A stretch of 64,000 nucleotides of DNA from positions 61,854 to 125,853 of the forward strand of contig NMRA01000360.1 in NCBI GenBank assembly GCA_002633005.1, read 5' to 3'. This document shows, one piece after another, positions 49,164-62,159 of this stretch. The translations under genes and the position numbers were made by a program. Each line of letters starts with the position of its first letter. Position 1 is the stretch's first letter. This stretch comes from Phoronis australis (lineage: Eukaryota > Animalia > Phoronida). A model generated the notes under the pieces. It saw only the letters and a program-made list of their open reading frames with translations, was not told the origin of the DNA and made no database searches.

Positions 49164-52100
49164 TTAATTTCCTAGGTAACCATTATCTCTCAGCCAAATT
49201 AGTTCGGCCATGACTTCGTTCAACTTCTCAAGTGCTGAAAATTTAAGAACACAAAATGTGCAAATACATCTCAAACCCTCCTTGCCGATTTTACAGCATA
49301 GATATGATTTAGCAATTGGTAAAGTCTTGAAGTTATTTCCGCTGCGCATGGTCTAGTAATTAACTGCGCCGAAGTTTTGTGCAGACAAGACCGGGCGTTC
49401 TTTCGGAAAATGTCAGTTCAGGCACAGTGAAATCCAAATATACGCCCAGGTGTTTGTTTATACATGATGTATCAATACTGTAGCCGGCGCGCAAACTGAG
49501 ACCAAGTGTGGCAATGCACAACATTGTCGATATATGGTTGTCTCCACATGGAGGGACTTATTGTTGAAAATTTACTTTAGTTATGGTTTTGGTGTTCATT
49601 TCCTATGAAATTGTTGTAAGTAATTTTCTCAATAAATGCACTGACCGTATTTGCGGAAGATTTTCCTTATATACGCCAACTGGTCTTACCTAAAGATGAA
49701 CTGCACAAAACTCCGGCAAGGCTAAAGAGCACAGCTGGTTCTGGTCTTTACCTCAACTCATCTCGAAATCTACGCTTATTCAGTAAAAGACAAAAAGCGC
49801 CCTCTCGCTTCAAGTTCAGCCAACGTATCGTGTTTTTTTTGGAAAAAAAACTCCACAAAGGAACGTTGACAAAGCAGCTTTAACATTCATTGCTCTTGGG
49901 GACAGACGTACCTTGACCGCGACGCGATTTTTCTGCGAAATTGTATTCGTCAAATACTATTCTGAGGATACCAGAATCATTTTGTTGGCCAAATCTGCTA
50001 TTCTGAAGAAAAATATTCGATCACCATTATGCAACATTCTGGATTGTGACTCCATTTCCATATTTTTTGTCGCCACTGGGACAAAAAGAATACTTCTACT
50101 CCCATAAGCACCTCCCACTCCACTAGCACCTTTTAAGGGTGAAGTGTAAATAAAAAAAACTTGCATCCTTTTTGCTCGTCTCAAAGGGATTTGCTTTTTT
50201 GTAAAAGTGAGCAACTAAAAGAACGCACGCACCACCGACTCGATGTTAAAAAAACCAGACCAGAACCAACTATACTGTTTGGCCAAATTTCAAGGCGACT
50301 GATGTTAACCATTAAGACAATAATTATGGGTGGAAAAACTGAAAGTGTTCTCAAGCGCTTCAACGCTGTTGTAACCAAATTTCTCGATTTTTCTGTATAC
50401 CCTTTAAAGCTACAAAAGTGAATTTTTTCTTGCACGACGGCAGCTCTTTGTCAGATTGCCCGTCGTGACAGTGCAGCGAATCTATGAACAATTAAATTTA
50501 ACTTGTTAAATGCATTTATCGTCATTATTTTGACACTTGTCTCTTTATTTTGAGACCAGTCCTTAGGGTTTATTTTGCATTACTCATCTCTATTTATAGC
50601 CTCTAGGGCCTACTTTTGTATTCATACGTTTCTCTACGCGACTCCTGATTGGTCGCCCGTATTTCCTTTGTTCTGTTGAACATGGTCTCTCATTCAGCCA
50701 CCTACCTCGTCATCTACAAGACCTACGNGTATACTTTTCCTGTTAGGTTTTTCAAGTTTTGTTTTCATGTTCTGTACTTTTCCTTTAAGCCCTTCAGGCA
50801 GTTCTTTTGTTTTGTTCCCTCTTGCAGGGCTATTCATTGTACACGCCGGTGGGCGTTTTTGCATGCCCATCTTGCAGAGTCGTAGTTAGTTTTATCTATT
50901 ACGTCATAATAAATGACACTATTCGCAATCCTCCTCTTGTTTTACTCTGCAACATAGCTCGTGGCGTACCCCGGGCAAAATAGATTACGATAAATATTGT
51001 AATTTGTAAACAAAGCTGATCAGCACGTCAAGAGCATTTTAGGTTCAAAAATCTCAGACGGTACCCGCTTCTTCTAAAACGAGCGAGTTTGCCCGGGAAA
51101 CTGATTAGGTTACAGTGCTGTTATTTCGGTTACTATTCTCGTATTGATAGTGTATTGTAAAGGTTTCCAAGAAAACTCACGCAGACAGTGGTTGGCGATT
51201 TTGATGTAGTTATTGCAGCAGATGACTTTGTCTTGGGGACATGACGTCCTAATGGTTTCTTGTCGATACCGAGTCTCGTAGAAAGTGGCTTGTCTGAAAA
51301 CATTTATGCACAACTGTTTTTAAATGATAAACCTTGCATCAGAGGTCCGCTGATAGCACATCACGTTTGCACAACAAAGATATAAAAATCCAATACCTTT
51401 TCCTTGAATGTTTTACTGTCATAATTCGCGGTTGCAGATATATAGGTCACCACTTTCAAACTAATTAGTTGACAACGGAGTCGACGCTGGCGCTGGAATT
51501 TGAACAAAGTTAAACACCTTTTTACAACTAATAAAATTAGTTACAACCTGTTAAGGTGCAGGATGTTCTGGTGCAATTGTTAATAGAAACGCGAACCGTT
51601 CTGGAACACCGGCTTATTGTGGGATCAGAAAACAGCGCAAGTAGATTACTTTGTTCCTGGTGTGCGTTCACTAACGCTAGGACCTATGCTAGGACCTACC
51701 TAAAATCCAGCCAAAGTCATGAGTTCTCATTTAAAATACACGGCAATATCTCACTTAATCTTGTGAAGTCTTGCTTTTTAGCGAAGTCCTAGCGCTGCTG
51801 AAAGGGAGCCTGGTGTATGGGAGTCACAGCGTGGCCATGAGCGCAACAGAAACAAAACGAAAACAAGTTGAACGTATATAGGAGGTGTCATGAACGCATA
51901 GACATTAGAGACGTCAAATTCGAACCATCTGTGACATCATAGACTATAGTACCTATGGTGACATCATAGATGGCAGCAGATTCCGAGATTGTCCCGCGAA
52001 CTGATACCATTTTTGCCTAATTCTTCAAATTTAACAGCACAATTGAGCGCATGTCGGAAAATTTTTCACCAAGCACAACTCTCAAGGACTCACAAATTCA

Positions 52101-53555
52101 GGTGTGTTTGAGCTATTACTGACAAAATCTTAAAACTGCGTTTCTGTTGTAAAAATCTTTTGTTTTCATGATAGGACATGTATGCTGTTACCAGGAATAT
52201 CGTATAAATCCCCTGTATGTCAAAAAACACGTCAATAAGTCGTAAATGTTATTGAGGCTGGACAACCCTGAAATTCAAGAATGGCGCGCAAGGATTCCAT
52301 TCAAAAATAGGCCAATCACGTAATGACAAGATCAAGTGTGCATTTTGGGAGTTGAACGAGCTAAAACCACTTGACAGTTATCCTGTCGCATTGCATAACT
52401 CGTGTGCAATGCTTACTGCTTTATTTACTATTTACCGACTTATTTGACTTCATTTCGGATTTGCATAGATATAAAAATGTTTTTAAATACTGGAAAGTGA
52501 CTGGCTAAATGGCGCGAAAAGCAGCTTTAAACATATGCCACACAGTTACTCAGTTCAGTTGGTCGACAAACTTGACAACTTAGACCTCTCTCTCCCTCCC
52601 TCCCTCCCTCCCTCCCTCCCTCCTCCCTCCCTCCTTCCCCCTCTCTCTCTTCTCGTTTCCAGTCCTACGGCATCTTATCGCAACCCACGCTTAACTCACA
52701 NGTAATAGACCCTGCTTCTGGAGCAACGCTTCCATCCAAGGAAACCACATTTGGTGTAGTACTTCTGGTTGTGTTGTGTGGTAGTGTAGCGGAGAACAGA
52801 GTATGTGTTCACCACTACTTTTGTAGGGTTGATGGAGCAACACCAGTGGTCACTGCAGCCAAGGGAAAACAACTTCAGTCATAATTTTAAACAATGATAG
52901 CAGTGATGGGTTTTGTTGCCTATAATAAAAAATAATTGAAGGCGGTCTGGTACACGTTGTAGCAGACGTGCGCCGGCCGCTCAGATGAGCCCATTGCACT
53001 GATCACGTGTAGTTAAAACCGAGCTGAGAAGCTAGAAACCTGACTCAAGGGTCTAGCAGTGTACCCCAGTGGGACTCGAACCCACGACATTGAGTAAAAG
53101 AAGCAGACACCTATCCCACTAGGCCGCACTGTCTCTTTTTAGCACAGCAATGGTAATTGAATGTCGTGACTGATAATACAGAAACAGGTGAACACTATTT
53201 TATACGTACTCACCTCATAGACGATGAGTTCACGGATATATTGAGGTATATTGCAAAGACTGATTTGGTTTCAATGTTGAATATTTTTTTGGCATTCGGT
53301 TAAATCATCGAAAACTTACTTTTTCCCCACTGAGCCACTTTTCGACACAACTCTCGCAGAAGACGTCATGGTCTTAACAGCAGTTATAGGGGTTTTGTCC
53401 ACAGCTTTGAGAACATTTTGTAGATTTTTCGGTAACTTGTTGAAATCAACAGTTTCCAACGTTTTCCTCTGAGACGCGGACAACGAGTTTAGGTCGGCTG
53501 CGTGTAACTGGCGTTCCAGCCAGACGACCAGAAGTAAAAAAAGAATAGACTTCAT
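49164..53555 (-). CDS. Secreted Cys-rich EMI-like-domain protein, paralog B (190 aa, 4 exons): complement(join(49164..49234,51181..51293,52700..52852,53320..53555))
   Basis: ATG at 53555 and signal peptide MKSILFLLLVVWLERQLHA. One helical pro-unit (DFNKLPKNLQNVLK, compare KFEDLPKHLQDVIT in paralog A). Then HWCCSINP...YYTKCGFLGWKRCSRSRVYY...TSCPQDKVICCNNYIKIANHCL PLEKLNEVMAELIWLRDNGYLGN*. GT-AG introns, phases 2,2,1; CDS 573 nt. The ambiguous base at 52701 lies in a split codon (nTA) that cannot be a stop. Confidence 0.9.
52585..52655. repeat. (CCCT)n/(CT)n polypyrimidine microsatellite
   Basis: Directly visible; in intron 2 of paralog B. Confidence 0.95.
53066..53133 (-). mobile_element. tRNA-derived SINE-like head (not a functional tRNA)
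   Basis: A box CGGCCTAGTGG and B box GGTTCGAGTCC at tRNA spacing, but no intact acceptor or anticodon stems. Lies in intron 1 of paralog B. Confidence 0.6.
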
Positions 53556-55383
53556 TACAGCAACTTTCAAATGGCAACAAGCAAACAGGTGACACGAGAA
53601 TTTGCAGTCGCCCAGGTGGCCGCAGATAGCTAATGTACAACTGCGCACGCTCTTCTCGCAAAGTGATAAGACCTTATACTGCACTTTGGCAACAAGTGGC
53701 TGACACACACACGCACAGACACACGCACAAGGATGGCATTATAAATAAAATCTCGTATCACGAATTTCAAAATTCACAATCTGTGTTGAAATATAAATTT
53801 TGGTTTAGCTAGTTCTTTTACTAATGGGAATTTATTAATGGCTTTTACTCGTAAAATTCAGCGTCTGATCTCAAATTGTGACTTATGCCCTGCGTCTAGA
53901 ACTTGGCAACTGGTATTATTGAGAACCAAGCCCAAACATCCAGATATAACGTAATTCAATCCCACTTGAACGCGGCTTTCCATCAGTGGTGTGTTCAGCA
54001 AAAATCTTTGGTACTGAAATATTCTATGTTTGCATGTCTGTGGTTATATGTACATGAACGCCAGCGACCCTTTATTATATTTCATTTACTGGTGCAAAAT
54101 TGAGTTTCTAATTTTGTTGTACCCAGATGATTTTGTATTTGTCTTATCAACTAATGTAGGACATCTACAGGTATCTGGGTTCATTGTCATTGGCATTGGG
54201 AAATTAGCTCTTTCTAACCATGAACTAAATGATCGACGCGATACACAAACTTATTCCTCCTTGAACTTCAAAATCCAGCATCTGTACTTTTTTTGTAAAA
54301 ACAAACGAAACTAGTTTAAATATTTTCACAGATCTTGAAGAACCTGCGTGTTGCAGATACAGACAGACAATTTTCAAAATTATTATGCTCCGTGTGGGAT
54401 CGACTACGTAAACATTTTACCAGCGATTACGATAAACAATCTGAAATAACAGGTGTTCAGGTTTGAATCGAATAAGCCACGCAACGATGCGGATTCAACC
54501 AGCAGAGGGAGTCATTCGGTTCCTTAAGGTTTTTCACATATGTACGAGTCAACAGCATCTCCTATGTATCTTTACGTAGTGCATCTTTATATTTACGATG
54601 GTGCATTGTGGTCTTTAATTCTTCTTTATCGTTTTTAATCTTTGTTAAGGAGCTCTCCAAAGTAATTAATGAAAGTTTCACAATAGCCACACAGGTTGCA
54701 AAATCTGGTCCTAACTGTTAATGGTAATATTGGTGATAAGTCGGGGAATGAAGACCAAATTTCACGACATAACTTATCGTACTGTTAATGGCTAGGCAAA
54801 AACTGTGGGTCAACTGGGTGGCATAGATGTTTTGAGACAAAACTGGATCTATGCGTATTTTTAAGTTGTTCACATGCTTCTGTATACTCTGAATAAATTA
54901 GGACTGTCCTCGGTGACTATGTTCACAAAAGCACTTGACTTGGTATTGTGAAGGCATCAGTTTGAATCAGAACGTATCAAGCCGGTCTTTCCCACAGCAT
55001 GATTGGACTTTGTGTCATAGTTTATCATCTCGGAAAATAACAAGTGGTTGACGATGTGGTGAATAATATGCAACAAGCAATCCAAATATCGAATGTTCTG
55101 TTCAAAATGCGGTAGTGTTAATCAAATACGTGAACACTAACATTGCGTTGTCTCATAAGTGTGTACAATGAACAAAAAATGGCTTCTTAAAAGAAATGTG
55201 GAGAGATAAATAGCCAGTTTGAAATTAGAATTAGTCGTGAGTGAAACAGTCGCCACCTTTTGTCGCAAACTAGAACTGTTATAATACGGTCATGCGCATA
55301 AGTACGGGATTACGCATAGATTTATCGTAACATCCGATTCTGAACATTTATCGAACCTGTATCTCATTTCGAGAAAGAGAAGT

Positions 55384-58300
55384 ATGAAAGTCGTAGGTAA
55401 GTTTCTGCGCTGTTTATCTTTTATGTAAAGCTACGCGCTTGTAGGTCTACAAAAACGGCATGTATGGACTTTAAGGTTTAAGTGGCAAAATGAGCTATTG
55501 TGTTGATTCGTGGTTAGAAATGCTAGAACCGTGGACTCGGTTAACTTGCATTTAAACTAATCCGCAGCGTAAACTACGACATTAAACCAGGAAACAGTTA
55601 TGAAAAGCAGACAATTACTGATGAAATGTAAAAACTTAAGTTAATTTAAGGATTTCAATATTTTCATTCATTATTCGCAGCATGATCAGTTAGGTTTACG
55701 TGGATGCAATAATAGTATTGACTGGAAAGTTCTATCAGTATTGACAGGAACCAAAATATGTTATCAAACCATTGAACTTGTCGTGGATAACGGATCTGAC
55801 GATATGTAGTACGCAGTGGCGGATCTAGGATATCACAAGGGGGGGCCAACCTTTTTTTTCTGTAAGTATTTGCGAAAACCACGATTGTAGATGCGCATAG
55901 CACCAAATAGGTGGAGGTCGGGAAGGGGGTTTGCCCCCCTCCCGACCTCCCGCCCAGGAAATTTTTCTGTTTTTTCCTCTAAAAATCAAGCATTTTCCTT
56001 GATTCTTGAAGTATTATCCAACAAAAAAGGCAAAAAAACAGAAGAAAAACCAAAAAAAAAAACACGGAGAACGTGTCAAACAGCGAAAACAGAAAATACC
56101 ACAGACTCGAACTCATGACCTGGCGGATAGCGCGTGCTTTACCACTACACCACCACAATTTAACTTCTACTGTACTAAAAGACCTACTTGTCTGTGGTCC
56201 ACAGCATTTGTGCGCGAAACCTACTTCTTTTTGTAATGTTTATTACACGTTTTATATTTTGTGCAATCGGTTCATAACAAATTTGTTACATTTAAAATAG
56301 TCTTCAATCAGAAAAAAAGATCAAATCCGTGTTTCTTATTGTCAATAATGACGGGATTGCTTTGGAAATCGTCTTAAGGTTTGACAAGGAGAGAGTTATG
56401 AGTTTCTGAGTGATTCACTAAGGCTTCGATTAAAATTCACATCTTACCAACAGCTTCTGTTTTTTCATCGTCACTCAGGTTCCATTTTCTTTAAAAAATG
56501 AAGTAACTTTCTTCATTACACAGTGGAGCAGACGACAGAAACGGAGTCGTAGTGCGCAGCGCCACTGCCGGTTGCCTGGGATATCGCGANTCTTGTTTCA
56601 TCCGTATGATTTTAATTACCGGGGTTAATTAATAAACTTGCGGCAGCCAAGGGGGGGCACCCCCCCTAAATCCGCCCTATGCTACGTACGTATGTTTTCA
56701 ACACAGCGCCAACTGGAGAAACAAAAGAAATCGGTAAGTGTTCAGAACCACATGACGTCTGTTGGCTTTATGTAGAACTGAAGAACGCTCATGACAATTT
56801 ACTAAAGTTAACCGGTACTTGATCAATATTTTTAGAATTAATTCAGTTCTATGGCAGTGTGGGTCAATAACTAGCAAGTTTAGCAAAAAGGCATAATTGA
56901 CTCTGGTCCCTGTGATTTTTGGAAAATCGAGTAGGTGCTGTTGTACGTTTTTAATTACTCATTTTTCCCAAAAATCTACTCGAGACAAAACAAAAATGGT
57001 GAGGGATTTATTTCTCGTGAGTTTTTTACTCAACTGGCTTAACTAGACGGATTGGCAAAAACGACCGACGAGAATCGCAGCTAATGTACACAACAGACAA
57101 AAGCGCAAATGTTAAAGTCGTAGCAAGTGTTGCGGCATTTTGTCCCGTCTTCATGACGATCACTTTTAAACTGTGCATCGCTATCTAAGTGGCTAAACCA
57201 AGGTCTGTGAACTTTTCGAGAGCCATCCAGTACATCTTTTAGTGGTCAATATACACCGTTTGGCAAATCCTATCGTGCCCAACCTTACTTACCATTGCTA
57301 TAAAGAACACGAGAGCTTTGCTGAAATTGATACGTGCCGGCGCTTTTATTATTTCAGCCAGTGAACGTAGGTCTCGAAATGAGTCGAGGTACAGACCACC
57401 ACCAACTATGTTTTTTTACGTCAGTTGTGAAGCAAGTAAAAATGGCAATCTTTCAGTGAGGCATTTGGACAAAATTGCGCGTGCGTGTTCGTGTGGAAAA
57501 CATTTTCATCATTTTTGTAGATAACTATGTCAATATATAATGCGAGATAGATATCTACTTAAAAAGTATAGCTATTAGAGGATCGAAACAATCTCTAACT
57601 CGGACTCGGCTTAGTATCTCTTCAAATCGTAACTCGTTTCTCTCTCAGGTTATTTGTGCGTGTACAGGTGTTGCTAAAACTCATGTAATGAAAATTTCAT
57701 GAAGCAACTTTGACCACTTGTTGTCTTATGTCATTCTAGCATTACTGGTATTTACTGTTGCGGTTGCCAGTGCTCGATCGCTTACCAACGATGAAGCGAT
57801 CGAGAGAACCGACCGCCAAGTCCCCAAGACTGGAATCGCAGGAATCGCTATCAACGTCGCCCTCAAGTTCGTCACCGCCATTTTGAAAAATCATTATAGT
57901 GACATCGACGTGAGTGCAAAGATATGGATTTTATTGATATACTGTCACTGACCTTTATCAAACGTAGAAGAAAAGTTATTCTGCGCATGCTCATTGCACA
58001 ATTAAGGAATTGGTCTCGTGGCCGTCTGCATGTAAATTTATTTGCTGGTCACGTCTCATAATGCGTGCATGTAGTTAATTACCCTCGTTACTAGGACACA
58101 TTCTCGAAAACGTTTGACTTCTTCGTCAACCTTCAAGAGTTTCTAGGCTGCATTCACTTAAAACAGCATTGTTTTGCCACCATCGACAGTTGTGTATTTT
58201 GAAAGACACTCATCCCCAAATTGTTGTTGTTGTCGCCGATCTCTCGGTCATGAGCTGACCAGCGAAGCCGAGATCAGGGGAATAAAAACTATCTTCAAAT

Positions 58301-61300
58301 TGAATAATCTGTAAGTTTCTGTGTACAAACAACTCCGCAATAGACTGGTGGCATTGATTTATTATGAAACGCTGTTTTCGCCATTTACTCGGTATTTTAA
58401 GATAAATCTGCATTTTGGTGTTGGGTGCCGTAGAGCACAAGTTAGTTTCTTTACCTAGTTCTCCACCACGTGAGTGCGCACAGGCTGGGCATGTTCCTCG
58501 CTGGTACCCTACGTGCCTAGCCAGAACGCAGGTATCACACAGTGGCACGTACTTTAGCACTGGTTGATGTAACCTCAGCAGTCATTGGTTAGCTGTACAA
58601 CACCGTGGAAAAAAGGCGGACCGTGATCGATTTTTAGCCTTGTCATACAAGTGACGTCGTAGCAACTATTTTTTTTCTGCAGTGATGTTTAATAGCCGAG
58701 TGCTTGAAGCACATACATGCACAATAAACACATATCTGGCCGATTTAACCGGTGTGTTATTCATACTGTATGAATACACGACAGTATCGTAAACAAGTCA
58801 TCGACAGTAGAAAGATGCACTCGAAAAAGGCGCAACCACAATTTCTAGGATTCATATTTCCCGAACAAAAAATTTAAGGACCTATTTGTCTGACAACAGA
58901 CCACATTTTACACCTCAGTCCATCACTCATGCCAGTAAAGCGCTGCCTGTTGAGAATTCGACTAGCCAATCAGTAACGCCGGTGTACAAATATTTCCCGA
59001 GGAAAATTAAGTGATACCTGCGTGCTGGCTCTGACCACCTAGCGGCACGCAGGGAACCAGCGATGGAGTGTTCAACTCGAAACCGTGGACTCGTTGTCTA
59101 GGCACGGCCAATCATTCTAAGGCTTGGAAATCACATGGTTTGCCTTATTACAGAAGTTCGTACATGGGCAGATAACGCACATTTGAGCCTTCGAAAACAC
59201 CCGAGTTGTTCCGAATACCCACAGAGGAGTAAACTGAGGCTACAAAGATATTTTAATGTACCAGTGCTCATACTACACTGACATCTAATGTGAAGCTGAA
59301 AATTTTCATGAGAAATGTGTGTCCATTTTAGCTTCCAGTGAAGGGAAGGTCTATGAGGGTCCACGTCATCAGTAAATCAAACCCCACCCAAGTACAAATG
59401 ATCGACCGAGGCTCTGGTGTGTCCACCGTAGGAACTGGTACAGATTTGGAGGTAATGTCCCACAGCCCATTATCCACACCTAGCATCCGTCCCATAGCGG
59501 TTGCTGACAAAGACGCCAGTTTGACTTAAAACGCAGAAGTACTGGCATGAATTTTTGGCGCATTTTCCTAATTTTGTGTACTGAATCACAAAATGTTACA
59601 TACAAAATATAGATCTGTACTGCTTTATCATAATTATTTGGGATTTCAGTCTATTTAAAAAAAGCTTCTCTTTTTCTGGGGAGAGCAGGCCTATCAATCG
59701 TTCATTTCACCAATAAGTCAATATTTAATCTGAGAATCGTAGCCCCGCATGTCACCTTTTCAGGAACAAGCACGAAAAGTCACAAATACAGCTATGACAT
59801 CAACTAGACAACCTGCAGTGTTTCTATCAGCAGTGAGAGTTCACTACAACCGTGTCTTTCAGTATGTGTACGCTCATCTGTATGGTTTGTTTCCAGAGTG
59901 CCATAGCAGCCGCCGCCGAAGCTCTTATACAGAAGCTGCTCTCGATGGGTGTTATGTCGGTACACGATCTTCATTTGCCACCAACGCCACAAACACCGAA
60001 AACCAGTAAGTATGGCAGACACGTCCTAAGCATTTACCCCACCTTGGGGGATTTTACCCCATCATCCCATGAGCCTGTTTTGTCAGACTTGTACTTAGAA
60101 TTTAAAACTTGCAATGCTTTGACAGGAAATGGTTTTCACGTTGCAGAACTTGAAACAAAATTCAAAAATCCTTTAAAAGATATCATGATTTCTTTGCCTA
60201 CGTGCTTTATTTTCATTTGATGATCTACACTCAAAAATGTTAACTCAGCATCTACGAAAGCGAAATTCAGTATGTGAAAAGTTTATGTGTTGATTCTTTT
60301 ATGTCCAGAATCACCACTAACCTCATTGAAGTTCCGTGCACAAGATAAGAACAATTTTATTGCGTTAGTCATGTTGAAGCAGCCTTCATCTGGCGTTTCT
60401 GATCATGTTTGTTTTTATTAAAGGTTTGTTCGATCTATTTATAGTCGATAAGGAATAACTAAAAATAGGAAACACATTGCCACCACGCCTTCAGAATATG
60501 GAGAAAAAACAACAGAACCCTGTCGATTGCTGGTGCAGAGTGGTGGGGGATTGACTGATCATCAGTTCCTAAAATCTGTAATATACGTCAGTTTGTAATC
60601 GACTCCGAGCACGACGTTTTATCGAACCCGAGCTGCTTGTGTTCAAGAAGTTGGTGGCGGTAATATTCACAGGCATTGTTTCAATCTATGAGAGAGCAGA
60701 TTATTCAGGGTTCTTAATTCTCTCTTATGTTGACGTCCGTGTTTTCGCATTTTGTTGTTCTGGATTTATTTCGAGTAACAACGGTGTGCTTCGAGTGGGA
60801 CTGTCAAGTCAATTCAAACTCCCAGTTCAAAAGTGTTTCAATGTGCAAGATGTCTTTGAAGTGCAAACAAAATTGGCCAATTTCAAAACTCGTGTATCTG
60901 GAAACATAGTTTGCTTAAGGCAAAATTAATCGCTGTCATTACCCATTTTTAAAGTGGCTATAAACCTACATTCCGTCACAGAAACCAACGTTTGATTTAG
61001 ACAAATTATCGTAACGAAAGTGGACGCAACGTGTTCCATAGGGTTTGGAAACAACTAAAAGTTTGTTATTGCTCAAGATGAGGCTTCACAATTTAACTTG
61101 TAATGGCTTGCCGTTTTATTCACAGCGCATGGTCTTAATCAATAACGAACAATTATTTTTTGCAAAAAAACATTTTTGTTTGAGTAAGGAACAAGTTGAG
61201 ACCAACTTTATACGACAAGTGGTCTAAATCAAAAGTTAGTGTTTATAATAGATCGTAGGTTTATAGCCATTTTAATGAAATTACAAAATATGTAAATAAG

Positions 61301-62159
61301 TTAACTGTTTTACCAGCTCCTTGTGTTGACGCCTGGGGAGACGCCTTGTGCTTGGATTACGTCATCATGGGCTATTGCTCGGGCAACTTCCGGGACTTTA
61401 TGATGATGCACTGCAGAATGTCGTGCGGGTAAATATGACTTAGTTATGGTGAATCTCTTTTCTTAAACCTTCTTTTGCGCATAACCAGAAATGAGGGGTT
61501 GGAAAAATGTACCACCCACACGTATAACCTGAATGGGGGGTTGGGAGAAAATGTATCACACACTCGTACAACCAGAATGAGGAGTTGCGAGAAATATATG
61601 GCCGACTTACTCTAAGTATACGTAACTCGTCATGTCGAACATGGCCGGGCAGTCTAAAAGTCCTGTCACTGCAAGGTTCATGGTAAGGAGTAAGTCTTAG
61701 TCGATTTGATAGTACTTTGTCTTGAAAGCTAAAGTTATTCATGACTTCCTGTCTTCTTACACTTGCATATTGGACTGCAGATTGATAGACATTCGAATAA
61801 GGAGGAGAGAGACATTTGAGGGTTCGGGTGCCCTTCCCCTGCCAACAAAGTAGCAGTAAAATGTTAATGGTTTTTAATTTTAATTTTGATTTTAATTTTA
61901 ATTTTAATCCTGCTATTGTTGAGTACTATTAGATGAAATCAATGTGTAAGCATACTTTAAAATCCAAGGATCTACCTCTTTTGTTCGAAATTGGTAAATC
62001 ATGATATCCCAGATCTGCCTTTGAATTTGACCGCTTATGGCTGCAGCACAATGATTTTCGAAAGACGTCCTAGGAACAAAGCATACTATTCCATAGATAC
62101 GATAAAATACAAATTCGTTGAAATTCATGTTCCGTTATTTTAATTTCAGGGAATGCTGA
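55384..62159 (+). CDS. Secreted precursor with putative ALF-like domain and C-terminal ShKT domain (177 aa, 6 exons): join(55384..55396,57740..57909,59332..59451,59897..60005,61317..61428,62150..62159)
   Basis: GT-AG introns with consistent phases (1,0,0,1,2); CDS 534 nt. Protein: MKVVALLVFTVAVASA-RSLTNDEAIERTDR-QVPKTGIAGIAINVALKFVTAILKNHYSDIDLPVKGRSMRVHVISKSNPTQVQMIDRGSGVSTVGTGTDLESAIAAAAEALIQKLLSMGVMSVHDLHL-PPTPQTPKTTP-CVDAWGDALCLDYVIMGYCSGNFRDFMMMHCRMSCGEC*. The six-Cys ShKT pattern (CxD...C...GxC...MxxxCxxSCGxC) is completed only by the 10-nt last exon. AATAAA at 62214-62219. The ShKT call is strong; the ALF-like call is inference. Confidence 0.85.
55814..56681. mobile_element. hAT-like MITE in intron 1 of the ShKT gene
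   Basis: Termini CAGTGGCGGATCTAG...GGGGGGGC and GGGGGGGCACCCCCCCTAAATCCGCCCTATG. Internal tRNA-like remnant on the minus strand at about 56103-56156. Confidence 0.6.
61482..61600. repeat. Three ~43-bp tandem copies (aaccagaatgaggggttgg...aaatgtatcac)
   Basis: Directly visible in the last intron of the ShKT gene. Confidence 0.75.

Noticed and set aside
57688-57739. ATG at 57688 with in-frame TGA at 57700, suggesting a pseudogene or readthrough of the ShKT gene
   Set aside because: An acceptor at 57738-57739 joins in phase to the upstream exon ATGAAAGTCGTAG|gtaagt (55384-55396), giving a normal signal peptide; this stretch is intronic.
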